A stretch of 64,000 bases of DNA, taken from contig CAXXLQ010000004.1 of the NCBI GenBank assembly GCA_963668695.2, positions 2,048,001 through 2,112,000 of the forward strand. Direction: 5' to 3'. This document shows positions 39,444 to 49,590 of this stretch, piece after piece. Position 1 is the stretch's first letter. The number at the start of each line of letters is the position of its first letter. A program made the translations under genes and the position numbers. Below the pieces are notes generated by a model. The model saw only the letters and a program-made list of their open reading frames with translations, was not told the origin of the DNA and did not search any database. The DNA comes from Vicinamibacteria bacterium (GTDB lineage Bacteria; Acidobacteriota; Vicinamibacteria; Marinacidobacterales; Marinacidobacteraceae).

Positions 39444-42400
39444 GTGACGATTTTCCGGCCCGCCCGCACCGTCGGCGAGATCTCCGCCGTCGAGGCGGAG
39501 ATCCGCCGCTTCTGGGAAGAGCAGGGGATCTTCGAAAAGAGCGTCGCGCAGCGCGCCGGCGCCAAGCCCTGGGTCTGGCACGACGGCCCCCCGACCGCCA
39601 ACGGGCGTCCCCACAACGGCCACGTCCTCACCCGCGTCTTCAAGGACGTCTTCCCCCGCTTCCACACCATGCGGGGCCGCTACGCCGAGCGGATCGCCGG
39701 CTGGGACACCCACGGCCTGCCCGTGGAGGTCGAGGTGGAGAAGGAACTCGGCATCCGCGGCCACGCCGGGATCGAGGAATACGGGGTGGGCCCGTTCGTC
39801 GAGCGGTGCATGGCGAGCGTCTTCCGCTACATCCGCGACTGGGAGGAGATGACCTCCCGCATCGGTCACTGGGTGGATCTCGACCACGCCTACGTCACCT
39901 ACCGGCGCTCGTACGTCGAAAGCGTCTGGTGGGCGCTCGCCGAGCTCCAGCGCAAGGGGCTGCTCTACCGGGGCGAGAAGGTGGTCTGGTGGTGGGCCCA
40001 GGGCGGCACCGCCCTCTCTTCCGCCGAGGTCGGCCTCGGCTACCGCGAAGTGGATGACCCGGCGGTGTACGTGGCCCTTCCCCTGGTGGACGATCCGGGC
40101 CTCTCGCTCGTCGTCTGGACCACCACCCCCTGGACGCTCCCCTCGAACCTCTACTCCGCGGTCCGCCCCGGCACCGACTACGTGGAGGTCGAGGACACGC
40201 CCCCAGGCGGCGAACCGCGCCGGCTGGTGCTCGCGGCGGCCCTCCGCGAGGACCTCGCCGGGCGCCTCCGCCGCCCCCTCCGGGTGCTCCGCACCTTCTC
40301 CGGCGAGGACCTCGTCGGCCGCCGCTACCGCCCGCCCTTCGACGACTTCTGGAACCGGCACCACGCTCTCGAAGGCCGCCTTCCGGGCGGCGGGTCGGTC
40401 CCCGCCTTCTGGCGGGTGCTCGCCGCCGACTTCGTGGAACTCGACCAGGGCACCGGCCTCGTGCACGAGGCCCCCGCCTTCGGCGAGGTGGACCACGACC
40501 TCCACAAGAAGACCGTCGCCGCCTACGAGAACGCGGACGAGATCCCGCTCCCCTGCGCGGTCGGCGCGGACGGCTGCTTCACCGCCGAAGTCCCCTGGCT
40601 CGAAGGCCAGTGGGTCAAGCGCGCCGACAAGGAAATCGTCCGCCGGCTCCGCGAGACCGGCCGCCTCATCCACGCCGAGACGATCCGTCACGAGTACCCG
40701 TTCTGCTGGCGCTCCGACCAGGACCCCCTCATCCAGTACGCCCGCCCGGCCTGGTTCATCCGCACCACCGCCCGGAAGGACGCCGCCCTCGCCAACAGCG
40801 GGGCGGTGCACTGGCTCCCCGAGCACATCAAGGAGGGCCGCTTCGGCGACTTCCTCCGGAACAACGTGGACTGGGCGCTCTCCCGCGAGCGGTTCTGGGG
40901 CACCCCGCTCAACATCTGGATCAACGACGAGACCGGCCGGATGGAAGCCCCCGCCTCGGTGGCCGAGATCGAGGCGAAGAACCCGGACGCCTTCGCCCCC
41001 TTCCACCAGGCGCGAAAACAAAGACCCGAGCTCGACCCGGACCTCATGGTCCACAAACCCTGGGTGGACGAGGTCACCTGGACCCGCCCGGGCGAGCCCG
41101 GCGTCTACCGCCGGGTCCCCGAGGTCATCGACTGCTGGTTCGACTCCGGGGCCATGCCCTTCGCACAGTGGGGCTTCCCCCACCAAAACCGCGACCGGTT
41201 CCTCAAGTCCTTCCCTGCCGACTACATCACCGAAGCGGTGGACCAGACCCGGGGCTGGTTCTACTCGCTGCTGATGATCTCGACCCTGCTCTTCGACGAG
41301 GACACCTGCGGCCGGCTCGGGATCCCGGTGCCGGAGGGGCCCCACCCCTACCGCTCCTGCCTGGTGCTCGGCCACGTCACCGACCCCGAGGGCCGGAAGG
41401 AGTCGAAGTCGCGCGGCAACTACACCCCGCCGGAAGAGACGCTCTCCGAGGCCGGGGCCGACGCCTTCCGCTGGTTCTTCCTCGCCGGCGCGGCGCCCTC
41501 GGCCAACAAGCGGCACTCGCTCGCGAACGTGCGCGCCGCCGCCCGCGAGTTCCCGCTGAAGCTCCGAAACGTCTATTCCTTCTTCACCATCTACGCGGAG
41601 ATCGACGGATTCGACCCGCGCACCGACCGCGGGCGCCCGGTCGCCGAGCGCCCCGCGCTCGACCGCTGGATCCTCTCCCACCTCGAGGAGACGACTGCCG
41701 AGGTCACCGCGGGCCTCGAAGAGATCCGGGCCTACGACGCGGCGCGGGCGCTCGCCGCCTTCGCCGAGTCGCTCTCCAACTGGTGGCTCCGCCGCAGCCG
41801 CCGGCGCTTTTGGGAAGCGGGGCGGGACGCCGGCAAGATCGACGCCTACCGGACGCTCTACGACGCCCTGGTCCGCCTCTCGCAGCTCGCGGCCCCCTTC
41901 GTGCCGTTCCTGGCCGAGGAGATCTACCGGAACCTGGCGGCCGGCCCCTACGCCGACACCGCCCCGGACAGCGTCCATCTCACCGATTGGCCCGAACAGC
42001 AGTTCCCCCTCGATTCCGGACTCAACGAGGAGATGGCCGCGGTGCGCGAGATCGCCTCGCTCGGCCTCCGGGTGCGGAAGGAACACGAGATCCGGGTGCG
42101 GCAGCCGCTCGCCGGGGCCAGCGTCGCGGTGGCCGACGAGGGGCTCCGGGCGCGGCTCGACCGCCACCGCGAGCTGCTCGCCGACGAGCTGAACGTCCGG
42201 GAGGTCCGCTTCCGCGAGGACCCCGAGGCCGATCTGGAGTTCGTGGTGAAGCCCAACTTCCGCCGGCTGGGTCCCCGCCTCGGCCGCCGGATGCAGGCGG
42301 CCCGGAAGGCGATCTTCGCGCTCGACGGACGCGAGGTCCGGGACGCGCTCGCCGCCGGCCCGCTCGCGCTCGATCTCTCCGCCGGCGGCTCGCAGCAAGA

Positions 42401-42791
42401 AACCGTGACAATCGACGCGGAAGACGTCGCGATCGAGTCGCGCCCCCGCGAGGGACGCGCCATCGCCGGAAGCTCACGCGCCACCGTGGCCCTCGACACC
42501 GTGCTGACCCCCGAACTCCTCGCCGAAGGCCGCTACCGGGAACTGCTGAACCGCGTGCAGAGCTTCCGGAAGGACCTCGATCTGCCCTACGTGGCGCGTA
42601 TCCGGGTCGCGCTCGACGGCCGCAACGATGAAGACGGCTCCCTGCTCGCGGTGGCCCGCGAGCGCGAGGCCCACTTCCTGAACGAGACCCTCGCGGTGGC
42701 GCTGCTCGACGGGGAGTTGCCCGGAGCCGAACGCCGCGAGATCGAAGTCGAGGGCGAAACCGCCACTCTGTCCCTGGAGGTCGTCGCCTGA
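39444..42791 (+). CDS. ileS: Isoleucine--tRNA ligase (IleRS2 type)
   Basis: DGPPTANG.PHNGH, GWDTHGLPVE, WTTTPWTLPSN, DWALSRERFWGTP, DQTRGWFY, KESKS; long C-terminal domain. Confidence 0.96.
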   Translation: MTIFRPARTVGEISAVEAEIRRFWEEQGIFEKSVAQRAGAKPWVWHDGPPTANGRPHNGHVLTRVFKDVFPRFHTMRGRYAERIAGWDTHGLPVEVEVEKELGIRGHAGIEEYGVGPFVERCMASVFRYIRDWEEMTSRIGHWVDLDHAYVTYRRSYVESVWWALAELQRKGLLYRGEKVVWWWAQGGTALSSAEVGLGYREVDDPAVYVALPLVDDPGLSLVVWTTTPWTLPSNLYSAVRPGTDYVEVEDTPPGGEPRRLVLAAALREDLAGRLRRPLRVLRTFSGEDLVGRRYRPPFDDFWNRHHALEGRLPGGGSVPAFWRVLAADFVELDQGTGLVHEAPAFGEVDHDLHKKTVAAYENADEIPLPCAVGADGCFTAEVPWLEGQWVKRADKEIVRRLRETGRLIHAETIRHEYPFCWRSDQDPLIQYARPAWFIRTTARKDAALANSGAVHWLPEHIKEGRFGDFLRNNVDWALSRERFWGTPLNIWINDETGRMEAPASVAEIEAKNPDAFAPFHQARKQRPELDPDLMVHKPWVDEVTWTRPGEPGVYRRVPEVIDCWFDSGAMPFAQWGFPHQNRDRFLKSFPADYITEAVDQTRGWFYSLLMISTLLFDEDTCGRLGIPVPEGPHPYRSCLVLGHVTDPEGRKESKSRGNYTPPEETLSEAGADAFRWFFLAGAAPSANKRHSLANVRAAAREFPLKLRNVYSFFTIYAEIDGFDPRTDRGRPVAERPALDRWILSHLEETTAEVTAGLEEIRAYDAARALAAFAESLSNWWLRRSRRRFWEAGRDAGKIDAYRTLYDALVRLSQLAAPFVPFLAEEIYRNLAAGPYADTAPDSVHLTDWPEQQFPLDSGLNEEMAAVREIASLGLRVRKEHEIRVRQPLAGASVAVADEGLRARLDRHRELLADELNVREVRFREDPEADLEFVVKPNFRRLGPRLGRRMQAARKAIFALDGREVRDALAAGPLALDLSAGGSQQETVTIDAEDVAIESRPREGRAIAGSSRATVALDTVLTPELLAEGRYRELLNRVQSFRKDLDLPYVARIRVALDGRNDEDGSLLAVAREREAHFLNETLAVALLDGELPGAERREIEVEGETATLSLEVVA

Positions 42792-43999
42792 TGAACTGGA
42801 ACACCCGCTTTTCCGACGCCGCCACCCGGGTGGCCGGCGCCGACACCGTCGTCGGGATCCTGAAGCTCGCCGAACAGCCGGGGATCATCTCGCTCGCCGG
42901 CGGCATGCCCGACCGCGGGGTCTTCCAGCTCGAGGAGACCCGGGAGGCGATGGCGCGGGTCCTCAGGGATCACGCGCCGGAAGCGCTGAACTATTCACCG
43001 AACCCGGGGATCACCCCGCTCCGCGAGTTTCTCGCCGAGCGGATGGCCCGCATCGAGGACATCGTCTGCAGCCCGGAGGAGGTTCTCGTTTGCAGTGGTG
43101 GCCAGGAGGGGATCCGCCACTCCTTCAACGCGCTCGCGAATCCCGGTGACCCGGTGCTGGTCGAAGAGCCGACCTACATGGTCGCGCTGCAGGCCTGCCG
43201 CGAGCTCGGTGGGATTCCGACCGGAATCCCGAGCGACGCCGATGGAATCATTCCGGAGGCGCTCGACGAGACCGCGGTCCGCCTCGAGCGCGAGGGCCGT
43301 CCCGCCCGGATCCTCTACGTGGTCCCCACCTTCCAGAACCCGACGGGCCGCACCTGGAGCCTCGCGCGCCGTCGCGCGGTGCTGGCGGTCGCCGAGCGGC
43401 GGGACCTGGTGGTCGTCGAGGACCACGCCTACGGCGAGCTCCGCTACGACGGCGAGTGGCTGCCTTCGCTGAAGTCGCTCGCCCCCGAGCGGGTCATCTT
43501 CATCCACACCTTCTCGAAGATCTTCGGCCCCGGGCTCCGGCTCGGTTGGGTGGTGGCGGACCGAGGTCTCATCCAGCGCCTCGGCCTGCTGAAGCTCGGG
43601 ACCGACCAGTGTTCGGGCGCGCTGGTCCAGCGGCTCGCGCTCGCCTACGGCGAGGCCGGCGCGCTGGACACCCAGGTGGAACGGGCGCGCGGCCTCTACC
43701 GGAGGAAGCGCGACGCCATGCTCGCGGCGCTCGAGGATTTCCCGACGCGGGTCCCCTGGAGCCGTCCCGACGGGGGTTTTTTCCTCTGGGCGGAGATGGA
43801 CTGCGACACCGAGGCGCTGTTGCTGCGCGCCATCGAGCGCCACGGGGTGGCCTTCGTCGCCGGGAGCTGCTTCTTCGCCGACCCGGGCTCGGCGGCGGCC
43901 CGCGCTTCGCTCCGGCTCTCCTTCAGCTACGCCCCGGAGGACCGCATCCCCGAAGCCATCCGCCGCCTCGGCGACGCCGTCCGGGAGAGCGCCGCCTGA
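42791..43999 (+). CDS. PLP-dependent aminotransferase class I (LysN/MocR-like)
   Basis: ISLAGGMP, FQNPTG, EDHAY, TFSKIFGPGLRLGW. Confidence 0.9.
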   Translation: MNWNTRFSDAATRVAGADTVVGILKLAEQPGIISLAGGMPDRGVFQLEETREAMARVLRDHAPEALNYSPNPGITPLREFLAERMARIEDIVCSPEEVLVCSGGQEGIRHSFNALANPGDPVLVEEPTYMVALQACRELGGIPTGIPSDADGIIPEALDETAVRLEREGRPARILYVVPTFQNPTGRTWSLARRRAVLAVAERRDLVVVEDHAYGELRYDGEWLPSLKSLAPERVIFIHTFSKIFGPGLRLGWVVADRGLIQRLGLLKLGTDQCSGALVQRLALAYGEAGALDTQVERARGLYRRKRDAMLAALEDFPTRVPWSRPDGGFFLWAEMDCDTEALLLRAIERHGVAFVAGSCFFADPGSAAARASLRLSFSYAPEDRIPEAIRRLGDAVRESAA

Positions 44000-44062
44000 A
44001 TCGCCGCTCGAGCCCCCACCGGGAGAACTGGGCCGCGTGACTTTGTCCACCGGCTGCTGACC

Positions 44063-44614
44063 GTGCGCCGCCTCTTTGTCGTCTCCGGCCCCTCGGGAGT
44101 CGGCAAGTCCACGATCCTCCGCAAGCTCGTGGCCCGGGTTCCGGGGCTTTCCTTCGCGATCTCGCACACCACCCGCCCGCAGCGGGCGGGCGAGGTGGAC
44201 GGCCGGGACTACCACTTCGTCACCGCCGAGGAGTTCCAGCGTCTCGTGGACGAAGACGCCTTCGTGGAGTGGGCGTGGGTGCACCTCCACCGCTACGGCA
44301 CGAGCCGGAAGGCGCTCGAAGCGGGCGGGGAGGACGATCTCCTTATAGAAGTAGATGTGCAGGGCGCCGATGCGCTGCGGGTGCAGGTTCCCGACGCCGT
44401 CACCATCTTCATCCAGCCGCCCGTCTTCGAGGATCTCGAAACGCGCCTCACCGGACGGGGCCGCGAATCCGGCCCGGAGGTGGAAAAGCGCCTCCAGACC
44501 GCCACGGCGGAGATGCAGCGCGCGGCGTCTTACGACCACCGGGTCACGAACGACCGCGTGGACGACACCGTCGAGGAGCTGGCCGACCTCGTCCGGAGGG
44601 AACGCCGGCCCTGA
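44063..44614 (+). CDS. gmk: Guanylate kinase
   Basis: SGPSGVGKST, SHTTRPQRAGEVDGRDYHFV, YGTS, DVQGA. Confidence 0.96.
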   Translation: MRRLFVVSGPSGVGKSTILRKLVARVPGLSFAISHTTRPQRAGEVDGRDYHFVTAEEFQRLVDEDAFVEWAWVHLHRYGTSRKALEAGGEDDLLIEVDVQGADALRVQVPDAVTIFIQPPVFEDLETRLTGRGRESGPEVEKRLQTATAEMQRAASYDHRVTNDRVDDTVEELADLVRRERRP

Positions 44615-44757
44615 AACGGGCAGGGTGGCTCGCCGGTCAGGGAACGCCGTCCTCCGGCCGGCGCCGACCGCCGGGAGGCGGTCGAAACCGCGTACCGCTG
44701 TCTCGCGCAGTGGCCCACCGGGAAGGCGCCCGCGCAGCCCCGCCCGGCGGGCGGCGC

Positions 44758-45111
44758 TCAAACCCGCGGACGCGCCAGCCTCAGCAGTGCTCTCCGCTGG
44801 TGTTCCTGCCCGGCTAGGAACACCGCGAGAACGCGGACCAACCGCTCGTCTTCCCGGATCTCGTAGTAGAGGATCGAGCCGTCCCTCGTCAGGTTCCGGA
44901 CTCCAGCAAGCACATCGGCGCACGAGACACCCCGGTAAGGGAAGTCCCCGAGGGACTCCATCGTGTCCTCGATGCCGTGAATCCGATCGGCGGCCCGGTC
45001 CAGCGCTTCCCCCGCACTGTCCCCGAGCGAGCGATAGCTCTTGACCAGAAAGTCGAAGATCGCCTCGAGATCGCGGCCCGCATCCTCGGAGCGCTCAATC
45101 CGGTACGCCAA
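44758..45111 (-). CDS. ParE/RelE-family toxin
   Basis: AGRDLEAIFDF...FPYRG...ILYY...VRVLAVF; overlaps the upstream antitoxin. Confidence 0.85.
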   Translation of the reverse strand: MAYRIERSEDAGRDLEAIFDFLVKSYRSLGDSAGEALDRAADRIHGIEDTMESLGDFPYRGVSCADVLAGVRNLTRDGSILYYEIREDERLVRVLAVFLAGQEHQRRALLRLARPRV

Positions 45112-45370
45112 CGGCGGCCTTCTTCGCGGCGATCATGCGGGCGGTCCGTTCCCGTCCTTCGGCGAGTCCGATGAAGCGGCCGTGTCGGCGCTCCTCCAGA
45201 AGCGCTCGCAGCGCGGCCAATTCGGCTTCGCGCGCCTCGGTGCCTTCCCGCAGCAGGTCCAGGCCGCGCTGCAGCACCGCGCTGAGGCTCGGATAGCTGC
45301 CCTTGGCTACCAGCGAGCGGGCGTAGGAATCCTGAGTGTCAGTCAAGGAAATCGATGTCTTGACGGTCAT
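45095..45370 (-). CDS. ParD-like ribbon-helix-helix antitoxin
   Basis: MTVKTSISLT...GSYPSLSAVLQRGLDLL; GGAGG ribosome-binding site before ATG 45370. Confidence 0.85.
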   Translation of the reverse strand: MTVKTSISLTDTQDSYARSLVAKGSYPSLSAVLQRGLDLLREGTEAREAELAALRALLEERRHGRFIGLAEGRERTARMIAAKKAAVGVPD

Positions 45371-45439
45371 GGATGGCGCCTCCGCAAAAATCATACTACT
45401 CAGTAGCACCCTCGCCCCCGAGCGCGTCATCTTCATCCA

Positions 45440-46889
45440 CTCCACGCTGAAGCCGCCCAGCTCCACGCTGTAGCGGGATCTGCCGGGGCCAGCTCCACGC
45501 TGGAGCCGCCCAGCTCCACGCTGTAGCGGGATCTGCCGGGGCCAGCTCCACGCTGTAGCCGCGGAACTCCACGCTGTAGGGGGATCTGTTGGCCTGAACT
45601 CCACGCTGTAGCCGCGGAACTCCACGCTGGAGGGGGATCTGTTGGCGTGAACTCCACGCTGTAGCCGCGGAACTCCACGCTGGAGGGGGATCTGTTGGCG
45701 TGAACTCCACGCTGTAGCCGCGGAACTCCACGCTGGAGGGGGGTCTGCCGGCGTGAACTCCACGCTGGTAGCCGCGGAACTCCACGCTGTAGCGGGGTCT
45801 GCTGGCGGAACTCCACGCTGGTGCCGCGGAACTCCACGCTGTGGCGGGGTCTGCGCGCTGTAGCCGCTGTAGCGGCGGAACTCCACGCTGTAGCGGGGTC
45901 TGCTGGCGTGAACTCCACGCTGTAGCCGCGGAACTCCACGCTGTAGCGGGATCTGTCGGCGTGAACTCCACGCTGTAGCCGCGGAACTCCACGCTGGAGG
46001 GGGGTCTGCCGGCGTGAACTCCACGCTGTAGCCGCGGAACTCCACGCTGTAGCGGGGTCTGCTGGCGTGAACTCCACGCTGTAGCCGCGGAACTCCACGC
46101 TGTGGCGGGGTCTGCTGCTGGCGGGAACTCCACGCTGAACTCCACGCTGTACTCCACGCTGTGGCGGGGTCTGCGGCGTGAACTCCACGCTGTAGCCGCG
46201 GAACTCCACGCTGTAGGCGGGAACTCTGTAGGCGGGCGGGGCTGCTGGCGGGAACTCCACGCTGTAGGCGCGGAACTCCACGCTGTGGCGGGGTCTGCTG
46301 GCGGGAACTCCACGCTGTAGGCGCGGAACTCCACGCTGGAGCCGCGGTACTCCACGCTCTGGCGGGGCTGGTCTGGCGTGAACTCCACGCTGTAGCCGCG
46401 GAACTCCACGCTGTGGCGGGGTCTGCTGGCGGGAACTCCACGCTGTAGGCGCGGAACTCCACGCTGTGGCGGGATCTGTTGGCGTGAACTCCACGCTGTA
46501 GGCGCGGAACTCCACGCTGTGGCGGGGTCTGCTGGTGGGAACTCCACGCTGGAGGGGGTGGAACTCCACGCTGTGACTCCACGCTGTGGCGGGATCTGCT
46601 GGCGTGAACTCCACGCTCCACGCGCGGAACTCCACGCTGGAGGGGTTCGGCGGATGGGAACTCCACGCTGTAGCCGCGGGACTCCACGGGCGGGGTCTGC
46701 TGGTGGGAACTCCACGCTGGGAGCCGCGAAGCTCCACGCTGGAGGGGTTCGGCGGATGGGAACTCCACGCTGTGGCGGGATCTGTTGGGTGGAACTCCAC
46801 GCTGGGGCCGCGAAGCTCCACGCTGTAGCGGGGTGCGCTGGTGGGGACTCCACGCTGGAGCTCCGCCGGCGGCCGGGAACTCCACGCTG
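45440..46889 (+). repeat. Helically phased direct-repeat array: about 55 x CTCCACGCTG, 21/32-bp spacing, 53-bp higher-order unit
   Basis: Core starts at 45440, 45461, 45493, 45514, 45546, 45567, 45599, 45620, 45652, 45673 ... 46880. Confidence 0.95.
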
Positions 46890-46980
46890 GAGCGCGTTGC
46901 GCTGTCCCTACGCGCGCTTCACGCACGGCAGCCGTACGCGGTCAGCGGTTCTACCGATGTACTCCATTTATACTCACCCC

Positions 46981-47238
46981 ATGAGTACTCGCCTCCAGGT
47001 CCTCATGGACCCCGTGGAACTGGAGAGCTACCGCAAGACCGCCCGGCGCGAAGGCCTCCGGCTCTCGGAGTGGGTGCGGCTGCGCCTGCGCCAGGCGCAG
47101 CGGGACGCGCCGGTACGGAAGGCGGAGAAAAAGCTCCGCGCCATCGCGGTCGCTACTTCCTACTCCTTCCCGACCGCCGACATTGACCGGATGCTCGACG
47201 AGATCGACGCGGGGCGGAATGCGGGGAATGCGGAATGA
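46981..47238 (+). CDS. VapB-type antitoxin (ribbon-helix-helix-like)
   Basis: MSTRLQVLM...ARREGLRLSEWVR...FPTADIDRML; TATACT 6 nt before ATG; ATGA overlap with the PIN gene. Confidence 0.8.
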   Translation: MSTRLQVLMDPVELESYRKTARREGLRLSEWVRLRLRQAQRDAPVRKAEKKLRAIAVATSYSFPTADIDRMLDEIDAGRNAGNAE

Positions 47239-47633
47239 CGTTCGTGGACTCCACTGTCCCGATGTACCTGGTCGGGAGTCCTCATCCGCTGCGGGACGAA
47301 GCGCGCCGGGCCCTGGAGGCCCTCGTGATCGCCGGGGAGAAGCTGGTGACGAGCGCCGAAGTGCTGCAGGAGATCCTCCACCGCTACACGGCCATCCGCC
47401 GCCTGGACGCAATCCACCCCGCTTTCTCCGTCCTGCTGGACCTGGTGGACGAGGTGTTCCCCGTCACCGTGGAGGACGCCCTCCGGGCTCGTGAAGTCCT
47501 GTTCTCGATCCCCTCGGTCTCTTCCCGTCACGCCTTGCACATCGCCGTGATGGACCGGCGCAAGGTGTCCCGCATCCTGTCATTCGATCGCGGTTTCGAC
47601 CGCGCCCCGGGGTTCCGCCGCCTCCCGGCGTAG
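47235..47633 (+). CDS. vapC: VapC PIN-domain toxin
   Basis: FVDSTVPMYLVG, TSAEVLQEILHRY, ILSFDRGFD. Confidence 0.88.
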   Translation: MTFVDSTVPMYLVGSPHPLRDEARRALEALVIAGEKLVTSAEVLQEILHRYTAIRRLDAIHPAFSVLLDLVDEVFPVTVEDALRAREVLFSIPSVSSRHALHIAVMDRRKVSRILSFDRGFDRAPGFRRLPA

Positions 47634-47888
47634 GCACCGCACCGAGGTCCACGAACACCGACCTCCCACCCACTCCGGCAGGGGTAGCGCCGAAGGGCCG
47701 CGACCTTCAGCCCGACTTGTCCACAAGCCGGCTACCGGGTGAGAAGGATTTGCCTGGATCTTCGTCTGTACGCGGTGGAGGACTTCGCCGTGAACGAGAC
47801 GACCGAGCACCCACCGACTCCGGCCTCTTCGCCGCCGGGACGAACGGACCGCTCCTATACTCCATCACGTGCTGAGCAGGGGGGAGCG

Positions 47889-48209
47889 ATGACGAGCCGC
47901 GGAGCGGGACATTTGGCTGGTCGTCCCGAGCGTTCCCGCGAACCGCTGACCCGGGCGGAGCGAATTCTCATCGGCATGTTCGCTGCGCTCCTTGGGAGCG
48001 GCGTGGTCGGGTTCACGGCGATCAACGGGCAGCTCGTCGGCATACAGAGACAGATCGGTGACCTCCGCGCCGAAATGCACCAGGAGATCGGGGGCCTCCG
48101 TGCGGAAATGCACCGCGAGATCCGCGGACTGAGCGTGGAGATCGGCAAGCTGTCGGACCGGGTCGCCCGGGTCGAAACACGGCTCCCGAGCGGCCCGTCC
48201 GGTTCGTAG
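47889..48209 (+). CDS. Small TM-anchored coiled-coil protein with 11-residue repeats
   Basis: TM segment ILIGMFAALLGSGVVGF, then IGDLRAEMHQE repeats and DRVARVE; same architecture as 37510-37845. Confidence 0.75.
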   Translation: MTSRGAGHLAGRPERSREPLTRAERILIGMFAALLGSGVVGFTAINGQLVGIQRQIGDLRAEMHQEIGGLRAEMHREIRGLSVEIGKLSDRVARVETRLPSGPSGS

Positions 48210-48438
48210 TCCGGACCGCGCTGCGCGCTCACGCACGGCGCGCTCACGCGGGTCGGCGCTCACACGGCCCTCCGGAGGACGACGCCGATCCAAACCGGCG
48301 CTCCAACGCCACCGTTTCCTGAAGCGATGGATCACAGAGTGCCAGGCTGAATCGGCGAAGCCACTGGCACTACCACCGGCGAAGCCACCGGCACTACCAC
48401 CGGCAGTATTCGGTCCCGCTCCGTTCCGCGTACACCCC

Positions 48439-49590
48439 ATGAACCCAGACGTGCAGCGTCCCTCAACGCGCATATCGCGAGTCGCGATCCAGGGGTTCCG
48501 TTCGCTTCAGGATGTGTGCATCGAAGACCTCCCGGGGGTGACGGTCTTGATCGGCGCGAACGGCTCCGGGAAGTCGAACCTGATCCGCTTCTTCGAGATG
48601 TTGAGCTGGATGTTGAAATCACGGCGACTCGCCGGGTTCGTCGGCATGCATGGCGGAGGCAGCGACCAACTCTTCGGGGGTAGCGAAACCACCCCCGGAA
48701 TGCGGGCCGATCTGCGGATCGAGACGGACCAAGGGTCCAACGACTACCGGTTCGTTCTCGAGTATGCCCAGCCGGACCGTCTCATCTTTACGGAGGAGGC
48801 GTTCCGCTTCAGCCGGCGCGGCGGGCCGACCGAGGCCCCTTGGCAGTTCCTTCCCGTCGGAGACCCCGAGTCCGGAATCGTCGAAGTCGCGAATTCCGCC
48901 AGAGCGGCCAGCGTCAACGTGACGACGGCGCGGACCATCGTCCATCTTCTTCGCGACTGTGCGCCTTACCAGTTCCACAACACTTCGGCCACCTCCTCGC
49001 TCAGAAAGAAGTGGGATGTCCACGACAACGCGTACCTCCGCAGCGACGGGGGGAACCTGGCCGCCGTCCTCCATCGCCTGCGGGACGAGGATCTGCGGCG
49101 GTATGAGTACATCTGCCGCCAGATTGCCCGCGTTCTGCCCGTCTTCGAGGCATTCGACATCGAGGAGGACTACGGGAGGGTCCTTCTTCGCTGGCGCGCC
49201 AGCGACACCGGCCAGACGATTGGCGCCCATCTGACCTCGGACGGCGCCCTCCGCTTCTTTGCGCTGGCGACTCTTCTGAATCTCCCGCCGGAGGCGCTGC
49301 CGGCCGTGATGCTGTTGGACGAACCGGAACTCGGGCTGCATCCGTCGGCGGTGGACCTGGTGGCGCGGATGATTCGAGCGCTGGGCGCGGATCGACAGGT
49401 GATCGTGGCGACGCAGTCACCCCTCCTGGTGGACGCTTTTGAGCTCGATAGCGTGGTTGTCGTCGAGACGGACGGCTCCCGGAGCCTCCTGAAGACTCTG
49501 CCTACCGGGGACCCGGTTTGGCAGGAATGGCTGGAGGAGTACAGCGTCGGACAACTCTGGGAAAAGAACCTGCTCGGCGGACGCCCGTGA
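48439..49590 (+). CDS. ABC-type ATPase (AAA_21-like)
   Basis: IGANGSGKSN, TSDGALRF signature, LLDEPELGLHP, VATQSP, LWEKNLLGGRP. Confidence 0.9.
   Translation: MNPDVQRPSTRISRVAIQGFRSLQDVCIEDLPGVTVLIGANGSGKSNLIRFFEMLSWMLKSRRLAGFVGMHGGGSDQLFGGSETTPGMRADLRIETDQGSNDYRFVLEYAQPDRLIFTEEAFRFSRRGGPTEAPWQFLPVGDPESGIVEVANSARAASVNVTTARTIVHLLRDCAPYQFHNTSATSSLRKKWDVHDNAYLRSDGGNLAAVLHRLRDEDLRRYEYICRQIARVLPVFEAFDIEEDYGRVLLRWRASDTGQTIGAHLTSDGALRFFALATLLNLPPEALPAVMLLDEPELGLHPSAVDLVARMIRALGADRQVIVATQSPLLVDAFELDSVVVVETDGSRSLLKTLPTGDPVWQEWLEEYSVGQLWEKNLLGGRP

Noticed and set aside
46531-46845. E. coli-type Chi sites (GCTGGTGG) in array linkers
   Set aside because: Only about three occurrences, arising as single-base linker variants; Chi sequences are lineage-specific.
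45440-46889. CRISPR array
   Set aside because: The conserved unit is only 10-12 bp, the linkers are two recurring related sequences rather than unique spacers, and no cas genes are in the window.
45095-46926. Three long minus-strand ORFs (596, 485 and 497 aa), one fused to the antitoxin
   Set aside because: The 53-bp period is not a multiple of 3, so the same peptides rotate through all three frames. The antitoxin has its own GGAGG and ATG at 45370.
48439-49590. SMC or RecF chromosome protein
   Set aside because: Only 383 aa with no long coiled coil, and coupled to DUF4276; it fits the AAA_21-type accessory ATPases.
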